From Felis catus (lineage: Eukaryota): a stretch of 64,000 bases of DNA. Position 1 is the first letter of the stretch, and every line of letters starts with the position of its first letter. The notes below the pieces were generated by a model, which worked only from the letters and a program-made list of their open reading frames with translations, ran no database searches and was not told the DNA's origin. The position numbers and the translations under genes are program-made. Of the stretch, positions 47,301 to 56,300 are shown one piece after another. The DNA lies in contig NC_058369.1 in NCBI RefSeq assembly GCF_018350175.1, positions 13,208,001 through 13,272,000 on the forward strand. The letters run 5' to 3'.

Positions 47301-50300
47301 GTGAGTGGCCCCAGGGGTGGGAAGCGAAGCAAAGGGTGCCAGGCAGGAGGGCCCTGGCCGTGCCTGGTTACACGCTTCATCCGCCTGGCCCAGGTGCACG
47401 AGGAGTTTAAGCAGAACATAGAGAACGTCAGTGTGGAGATGCTGCTGAAGAAGTTTGCAGAGAGCAAGGGCACAGGCCGGGAGAAGCCTGGTGAGTTGGG
47501 ACATCGTGGGGGTTGGGCTCTGGGGCCACAACTACAGGGAAGGAACAGGACTCAAGAGGCAGGAGACTGAACCTCCCTGCACCTCGGTTTCCTCATCAGA
47601 AAAACGGGCCGATGACAAATCTAACTCCCCAGCCCACATAGGAACAGTATTTGATGCCCCATCTTTTTATTATTATTATTATTTATTATTATTATTTATT
47701 TATTTATTTAAGTAATCTACACCCAGGGCTGCCTGGGTGACTCAGTCAGTTGAGCGTTGGATATGGGGCTTGAACTCACAAACTGTGAGATCATGACCTG
47801 AGCTGAAGTCAGATGCTTAATTGACTGAGCCACCCAGGCACCCCTTCATGGCCCATCTTATGTGTAAATCTCTTACAACCAGATACCAGAGGGACCTTGA
47901 AGGCCAGGCCCAGCCTTTCATACTTTACCCTGAGGGCCCAAGGGAGCCATTGAGGACTGTTGAGCAAAGGACCAATTTGAAAAAACAATGTCCAAATGAG
48001 AGGTCAGGGAGGAGTTGAAGAGCAAAAGTGTCGGGGTCAGATCTGGGTTTGTGTCTGTTCCTCACTACTTGCTATATGACCTTGGATGTCTGTCTTGACT
48101 TCTCTGAGCCTCAGTCCCCTGTACAGACTCACGGTCCATCCCCTGACCCACTCGAGTGCCTGTGAGCAATGCCGGAAGTAGAAAAAGTAACTCGGGCATC
48201 GCTCCGTCCGGTGCATCCCCAAGGGGGACCTGGGCCCCTGGCCCATCCCACTCATGACCATCTCTGGGGCTGGCTCAGCCCCTTGGCTTGCGCACTGGAT
48301 GCCCGCTGGCCCCGAGCTCCGATGCAGGTGCCATTGTGAGCCCGCGGGTGCTTCGCTGCCCTTCCCCGGGCCGGGTCTCCCGGCCAGGCTGAGTTTCTCC
48401 GTCTCTTCCATCCCAGGGCCTTTGGATTTCGAGGCATACAGTGCAGCTGCCCTGCAGGAAGGCAAGTACGTCTGGGCCTGGATGCCCAGGCTGGACAGAC
48501 GCTGGGGGTGCGGGAGGCAGATCTGAATGGGAAGGGGGCACCCCCGGGGCTCAGCTGCACCCCCTCATCTGTTCTCAGCAATGAAACGTTTGCGGGGAGC
48601 CAAGGCCTTTCGCCTCCCAGGACTGAGCCGGCGGGAGCGGGAGCCCCCCGCAGCTGTGTGAGGAAGCACCCCTGCCCAGCCCTGGCCCAGGCTAGCCCGG
48701 GATCCCTTCCCCCTTCCCAGGCTATCCCAGAAGTCCCCTGCTGAGGGTGGCCCCGGGAGAATTCCTGTCCCAGGCTATCCCAGAACCTCTGTCCCTGGCT
48801 AGCTCAGTTTGACACTCCCCAACCTAATCCCAAATCCTTCCTCTTGTCAAGGTCAGTCCTGGTGGTTCCCTGCCGAGGCTAGCCCCTCCATTCCCGACCT
48901 CCTCGAGCCAACCCCTCAGAGTAGCCCCAGGTTCCTCCCCTGCCAAGCTGTTTGCGGAGACCTTGTGCTCAGCCAACTCCAGACTCACTGCCCCCAGCCC
49001 CAGGCAAACCCCTGGGTCCTATCACCGGGAGGACCAGCTCAGGACATCGTGGCCCAGGGGCCACCCCCAGGCGCCATGTCTAGTGTTGGGGGGGGGGGGT
49101 CAGGAGCATGCAGGTGAGGTGGGAGAGCTGACATCAGTATCTCTTTCTCCATCCCCAGAGATTCCCTGGAGCCCGATTCAGGGGTGAGTACCGGGCTGCG
49201 AGTGCGAGGGGTTCAATCCCACCTTGGGCCCCAAGCCTGGAGCTCAGGGAGCTAAATCTCATCCCGGCTGCGTGTGGAGCCATGTGGGAGGGACTGATGT
49301 CCCTACTTAGCTTCAAGGTGCCCCTCAGTCTTACTGCCATGGCGTGCTCTCTTCCCTCAAGCCCCTGCTTGCACCAGGGAAGACTGTTACTGCCACTGGG
49401 ACTGTTTTTAGGCCCGAGTCCGGGCCCAGAGGTGGGAGGGGCCGTGGCAGGGAGAGACGGGAGGGAGGTTCGGTAGCGGGGAGCCTGACTCCCTGCCTGT
49501 CCCCGCAGACGTGTCCAGAGGTGGATGAAGAAGGTTTCACTGTCCGGCCTGATGTGACCCAGAACAATATCCTCCCGGTGCCCCCTGGCGGCAACTGTGG
49601 GCACAGCAAGGACAAAGCGCTGTGGGGCAGTGATCCCTCCACGAATAGCGACCCTCTCTGCGTACATCCTGGCGGGGAGGGGCGGGGGGGCGCCCTTCAG
49701 GGTAGACAAAGCAGATTGAAACGAAGAATCCTCAGGGCTGAGGAAGAGAGGCAGGGCGAGAGCCAAGGGGGCTTCCTGGAGGAGAGGGCACCCGGTGTTG
49801 GGGTTTAGCATCAGACCAAGAGTTTGCCGGTTAGGGCCAGGCGTGCTTGTGCAAAGACTTGGGGGCAAAACCGTGGTGTCGAGGCCGGGGTGGCAAGTGG
49901 TGATGGACCGGATCGTGCAGGGCCTTGAAGGGTTTGAGCAGGAAGGGGTGGGTGACCCCCGTGTCGGGATCCGCTTGGCCCCTTGACTGCGGTGCACGCA
50001 CGGCGGAGCCCTCCCGTTTTTCCTCCAGCGACTCGGACTTCGATGATGAGGAACCCCGCAAGTTCTACGTGCACATCAAGCCCGCCCCTGCCCGCGCCCC
50101 GGCCTGCAGCCCCGAGGCAGCTGCGGCGCAACTCAGGGCCACGGCTGGCAGCCTCATCCTTCCTCCCGGCCCAGGGGTGAGGCGTAGGAGGGGTGTTCGC
50201 GGGTGGGGCCGCTGGGGCTGGCTGGCTGCGCCCGACCTAACGCCACCCACTTTGTCCACAGGGCACCATGAAACGCCACTCTTCACGTGAGCAGCCTCCG

Positions 50301-53300
50301 AAGGGGTCTCGGGTGTGGGGAGGAGCACGAAGAGGGGAGGCTGGGCCTGGAGTATGAGTGTGGCTTTGAATCCCAGCCCTGCGGTGTAAGCAGGCTGCTT
50401 ACCCCTTCTGACCCTCAGTCTCTTCTTCTGTGAAATGGGGTCATTGCGAGAGTTAAATGAGAGCTGAGACAGGTTGGCTCGGGCGCAAAGCCCTCTCTGC
50501 CCGACTGGCTGATCACCTTGGACAGCTGGCTGGACAGGCCCAAGCCGTAGTCTCTTGGTCTGTGACCGAGGGGCCACTGGAGGCAGGGTGACAGGAAGGC
50601 TCAAGGTGTTGTATCTCTCCTAGGGGACGCTGCCGGAAAACCACAGAGGCCTCGATCTGCCCCAAGAGCCAGCAGGTGGGTCCTATAGCGGGGGGGATGG
50701 GGGGTTGATGGGGACACACTGGGCCGCTGCCTCCCTGTGTCTCTGCCTCCCCCCCTCTCACCCTGGCAGGGAGTTGAGGGCATGCTGTATTTGAGGAACC
50801 ACTTAGTCGTTCATTTGACGAGCATTTATTGAGCACTCGCTGTGTACTCCTTCTATTCTGGGTTCAGAGACATATGCCCAAGATAGGTCTTCCTTCTCAG
50901 ATTCACATTCTCGTGGCCCAGGTTTTGTTTTTAAGCGTTTATTTATTATTGAGAGACAGAGAGACACAGAGCATGAGCAGGGGAGGGGCAGAGAGAGGGG
51001 GAGATACAGAATCAGAAGCAGCCTCCGGGCTCCGAGCTGTCAGCGCAGAGCCCGACGCGGGGCTGGAACTCACGAACCGTGAGATCATGACCTGGGCCCA
51101 AGTCAGCCGCTTAACCCACTGAGCCACCCAGGCGCCCCATCGTGGCTCGGGTTTGAAGAACAGCGAACAAGTTAGAGCACGTTGGATACTTCCAGATGCT
51201 GTGAAGAAACTAAAGCAGGCGGTGTGGTGGGAGATACCAGCGGGCAGCTTTAGTTGAGGCCCGGGAGGCTGCTCTGGGATGGGGGTGGGAGGTTTTGAGC
51301 CCAGCCTTGAAGACGGCAGGGTGTGGCCTCAGGGAGGGCTGGGGACACAGAGCTCGGGACCAGGAACGGTCTGTGCGCGGGCCCTGAGGAGGGGAGGAGA
51401 CGTGGAAAGGATAGAAACCATCCCTGTGTTCCGCTTGGTCCACAGCTGTGCGGAGAAGCTGCAGTCAGATGAGCAGTTTTCCAAGAACCTCTTTGGGCCG
51501 CCCCTAGAGTCGGCCTTTGACCACGAAGACTTTACAGGTGATGGGGGTGGGGACTTCGGGGCCACAGGCTTGGCTAGCGAGATGGGTGGGTCCATTGCCA
51601 GGGCAGGTTTGGCGGGGGACAGGCTGGAGGGAGCACTTGGGGGTCCTGTGTAGGCAACTGAGAAGATAGACTTGGCAATGAGATGGTGGGCGGGGCCGAC
51701 GAGAAGGCGGGGAGTGTAGGTGACGATGGGCAGATGGGCGGAGCATCGGTGGAGGTGGAACTGACCAGAGGGCCTGGCCTGAGGGGGGTGGGCCCCTCCT
51801 CGGCGTGGGCGTGGCCTGCAGGAGGAAAGAAAGGGCCTCGGTGTGGGCGGGGTCTGGAGCTGGCGCCCCCACCCCCCCCAACCCCCCCCTCTAGGCTCCA
51901 GCAGCCTCGGCTTCACCTCCAGCCCCTCACCTTTCTCCTCCTCGTCGCCCGAGAATGTGGAGGACTCCGGCCTGGACTCGCCATCCCACGTGGCGCCTGG
52001 CCCCTCCCCGGATTCCTGGGTCCCCCGCCCCGGCACCCCGCAGAGCCCACCTAGCTATAGGGCACCGGCCTCCGAGTCGAGGGGGACACGGCCCCTGCCA
52101 GCATCGGACTCGCCGCAGCCCCTCGCCCCATCCCCGGGTCCCTGGGGGCTGGAGGCTGTGGCTGGAGGAGGTGAGTCCAGGAGTCTGAGAGTCATCAGAG
52201 CCCTGGGTGGGGAAGACTGAGCGCCTACTGTGGCCAGGGCCTGAACGGGCGGCTGGGGACACAGCCCAGAACCTTCACCCTGGCAGGGACAATAATGAGA
52301 TAGACATTTAACAAAGTGGAGGTCGCAGGTGCCTGGTGAGGGCTCCGAAGGTTGGAACCTCCCTGAGGAGGTGACATTTGAGCTGAGATTTGTTGGAGGT
52401 GAGGAAGGAGCCATTGGGATGTGGTGGGGGGTTGGCGGGGGGGTGCTTCCCAGCAGAGGGCGCATCCTGTACAAAGGCCTTGTGGTGGGTAGCTGCCTAG
52501 GCCCTCTGAGGAACAGCTCGGGGGCTGGGGGGTGGGCCGTGAGGCCAGAACAGAGTGATGACCCGGAAGCGGAGGGAGAGGAGCGAGTGATGTCAGCAGG
52601 GAGATGGGCCCGTGCAGGGTCTGGGACCTGATGGGAGTGATGTGAGCTTTACTCCTAGCAAGGTCTGGGCCACAGAGGGGCTGTGAGCGGAGGAGTAGCG
52701 GCACCTGGCTCAGATCGCAGGCCCCCTCTGTCCACCTGGGGGGCGAGGGTGGGAGCTGGAGACCAGGGACGGGAGTCCAGGGAGGTGGGGAGACGCGGGC
52801 GCGAGGGCACAGGGCTGAGACAGCAGAAGGGTCAGGGAGGAGGGCTTGCGGGTGGCTGGCTGTTCTTCCAGGAAGGGACAGGAGGGGCAGGGAATGTGGG
52901 GCGGAAGAAGCCCGGGGCGTGTTGGGACTGGGCCTTTAGACGTCAGGCGGACCGTGGGCCCTGAGTTCGGGGGAGTCCAGCTTGGGGCACCCCAGGCACA
53001 GCTGTGTGAAGCGGGAGGGGAGGCCCCCTGGGAGAGGGCAGGGCCTAGTGCTACAGGTCGGAGGAAGAGGCAAGTGAAGGGGGTGGGGGATGGGCTCTCC
53101 TGGGGGCCTGAGTCAGAGGGCTGTGGGCTTCCACCCCATGAGGTCCCCAGAAGTGGTGACAGGGGTGCTTGGCACCATCCTTGAATAGAGAAAAGAGCCG
53201 GTTCGGAGCTGGGTCAAGGAAGGGCCCAGGAGAGTGAGTGTAGACCACGGTGTAGACTAGTCCAGTTGAGTGGTCTGAGCGGCACTATGGAATTAGGGCT

Positions 53301-56300
53301 CTCAACCAAGCCTGTTCTGCCCCCTGGGGGACACTTGGCAGTGTCACCCGTGATATTAGACTGTCACCACTAGGGGGGGGTGGGCTACTAGGGACATCTG
53401 CGGTGGGTGGAGGCCAGGGAGGCTGGTCAGCGCCCCACGGTGCCCAGGACAGTCCCCCCGGAGAATGCTCCAGCCCCAGGCGTCAGCAGCGCGGCTGAGC
53501 AGCCCTGGGGAAGAGGGGGGCACGTCTCGGGGGTGGGTGGCAAGGGTCACCGAGGAAGCAGAGAAAGGAGAGGAAACTGAGTTTCATGCAGTCACTAGTT
53601 AATCTTCACGGGTGAGACTCGGACAGAGGCCAGGGTGGGAGGCTACCTCATCCTCACAGAGAGGATGAAGGTCACGGAACTGCTGATGGTGGATGAAAAC
53701 GCCTGCCGCGTTCCCCCCCCCCCCCCCCCGCCCCCCGGACTGTGCCTGCCTCCTGAGCATCCAGCCCTTGCTTGCGCGCTCCCAGTAACCTCCCGTCCGG
53801 CTGGTGTCTGGGAGGCCGGGGGTTGTGGATGGCCTCTGCAGTCCTGTCCGGCAATTCTCTCCGCGGCCCCGAGACCTCAGACCCAAGGGGTGTCCCCAGA
53901 ATAAGCCCGACTCCCAGTCTGGGGCCGAGTCCCTTCTCTGGGGCGGCCCGAGGGGCCCAGGGCAGCATCTGAGCTCTGTCTAACGCTCGCTCCGCAGACC
54001 TGATGCCTGCCCCTGCTGACCTTACAGCCAGAGACGGTCTGGCAGCCCCGCCCCGGAGACCCCGCACCAGGAAGGTGTCCTGCCCCCTCACGCGCAGCAA
54101 CGGGGACCTGGTAGGGTGAGGGGGCGCGCGGCAGGAGGGGGGCTGGGGGCGCCTCTGGTGGGGGCACGGGCAGCCTCAGGGCACTGCTCCTGGGTGATCG
54201 CAGCCCGGCCTGTCTCCTTCCCCAGTCCCGGTCTCTGAGCCCCTCCCCGCTGGGCTCCTCGTCCGCCAGCACCATCTCAGAACGGCCTACCTTCTCGTCG
54301 CAGGCAGGACACGGTATGGGGGGCGGCCCTGGGCCCTTCTCGGGCATCACTAAGTGATGCGTTGGAGGCCCGGCGGGCAGAGGGTGGGTTCTGGAGCCTG
54401 GGACCTGTGCCCACTCTGTCTGTCCCTGTCCCCTCCCCTCCGCCACCAGGAGTCTCCCGGGGACCCAGCCCTGTGGTCTTGGGCTCCCAGGATGCCCTGC
54501 CTGTGGCTACAGCCTTCACCGAATACGTCCACGCCTACTTTCGAGGCCATAGCCCCAGGTACGCAGTGGTCGGAGAGAGTATAGACAGTGACAGGGACAA
54601 ACAGGACTCTCTGGGGCCTATGCGTCTAGGGTCCAGGAGAAACAGCCTTCCGGTGTGTTTCCTGACCTGCTTTACCACGGAAGGGCCTTGAACTCTGGGC
54701 CAAGCAACCAGGCCCCTGTCCCGAGGGCAGTGGGAACCACAGAGGGTGTTTGAGCAGGGCCCAGGCCTTGCTGTAACCACAGTTGAGAGCAAGTCCCCTA
54801 AGGCTGCTGTGGGCATCACACTGAAGGGAGCAAGGCCCTTGGCGGGGTGGGTTAAGGGTGAGTTGAGGGGCCAGGAATAATCTGGGAGCAGTCCTCAGCA
54901 GGAAAGATCAGACCACACATAGGAGAGAGTATTAGGCCTGAAACCCAAGCTGAGGACCGTATTATAACTGTTTTGCTTTGAGCTTCCTGGCGGCCTAGAG
55001 GAAAAGAGAACTAGGGAAAGGGGATGTTTCTGCCTTCTTCAGCCCAGTGTGGTTTCTTCCCGGTGCCTGGATGGCTGTCCAGGGAAGGACACAAGGAGGG
55101 GAGGCTGGGAGTGAGGATGCCGGGCACGGTCAGGGCCTTGCTTCTTCTGGGGAGCCTGGGGGGCCACAAGCTGCAGCAGAGCCAGGAGAGAGGGGAGGAC
55201 GAGGTACCAGGCAGAGCCCTGAGCCAACACGCAGTCTCCTCACCCCCCCACCTCAGCTGCCTGGCTCGAGTAACCGGGGAACTGACCATGACCTTCCCTG
55301 CTGGCATCGTGCGTGTGTTCAGCGGGACCCCACCCCCACCTGTCCTCAGCTTCCGCCTCGTGCACACGTCCGCCATTGAGCACTTCCAGCCCAATGCTGA
55401 CCTGCTCTTTAGGTACTATAGGGGGAGTGGGGGGGTCAGAGGCAGGGGGGTCCCGGGAGCTCCCCGACGGTGAATTCCTGCTCTGCCTCCTGGGATTTGC
55501 TGTGTGGCCCTGGGCACATCACTGTCCCTTCTGAACCTCATTTTTCTTTTCTCCTTTGCTTCCCATCCCCCCCCCTCCCCCTGGGGGGGGGTGGGGGTCA
55601 TGCTCTACTGGCCCCAAGGTGAGCCAGGGAATCTGCATCTTTAGGAAGCCCTTGGGGTAGGTCAGATGCCGAGGGCCTTGGGGAAGGGGCCTCCCAGGGG
55701 TTGGGGTGATTATTCCTGGTCTCCGTAGTGACCCCTCCCAGAGCGACCCTGAGACCAAAGACTTCTGGCTCAACATGGCGGCTCTGACTGAGGCCCTGCA
55801 GCACCAGGCAGAGCAGAATCCAGCTGCCTCCTACTACAATGTGGTGTTGCTAAGATACCAGGTGGGCCGTGTGGATGGGCCCTGACGGAGGGAGGGTGCA
55901 GGGAGGGGCTGGGCTGGCAGGGAGAGCAAGCAGTGGCAATGGGGGCGGGGGGGGGGGAAGGGGGGGTAAAGAGAGCAGAGGGAGCAGGGGAGGGAGTCAG
56001 GGAGGGAGCCAATGAATGGTGGCTGGGTGGGCGTTTGCCGGGGTGCAGATGGCACCATTATGGAAATTAGAAGAGGGCCTGTCCCAAGGGCCCTGCACCA
56101 GCACCTGCCCACCGCTCTGTCGAAACCGGGCGCTCTCTCGCCCTCTGCTGGAAACATGGCGTCACGCGGACCCCGATCTGCGGTGTCTCTGAGGGAGAAG
56201 GATTAGGCCCCACCGAGTGGTCTATGCGGTGATGACGCTGAGCTGGGTCTGAGTTAGGTCCTGGTGGAACAGCACGTGCTGGGGCAGGACCAGAGGGCCT

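Noticed and set aside
49134..49997. 287-aa antisense ORF across FCHO1 exons 11-12 and the U12 intron
   Set aside because: GC-rich chance ORF with no recognisable domain or expression signals
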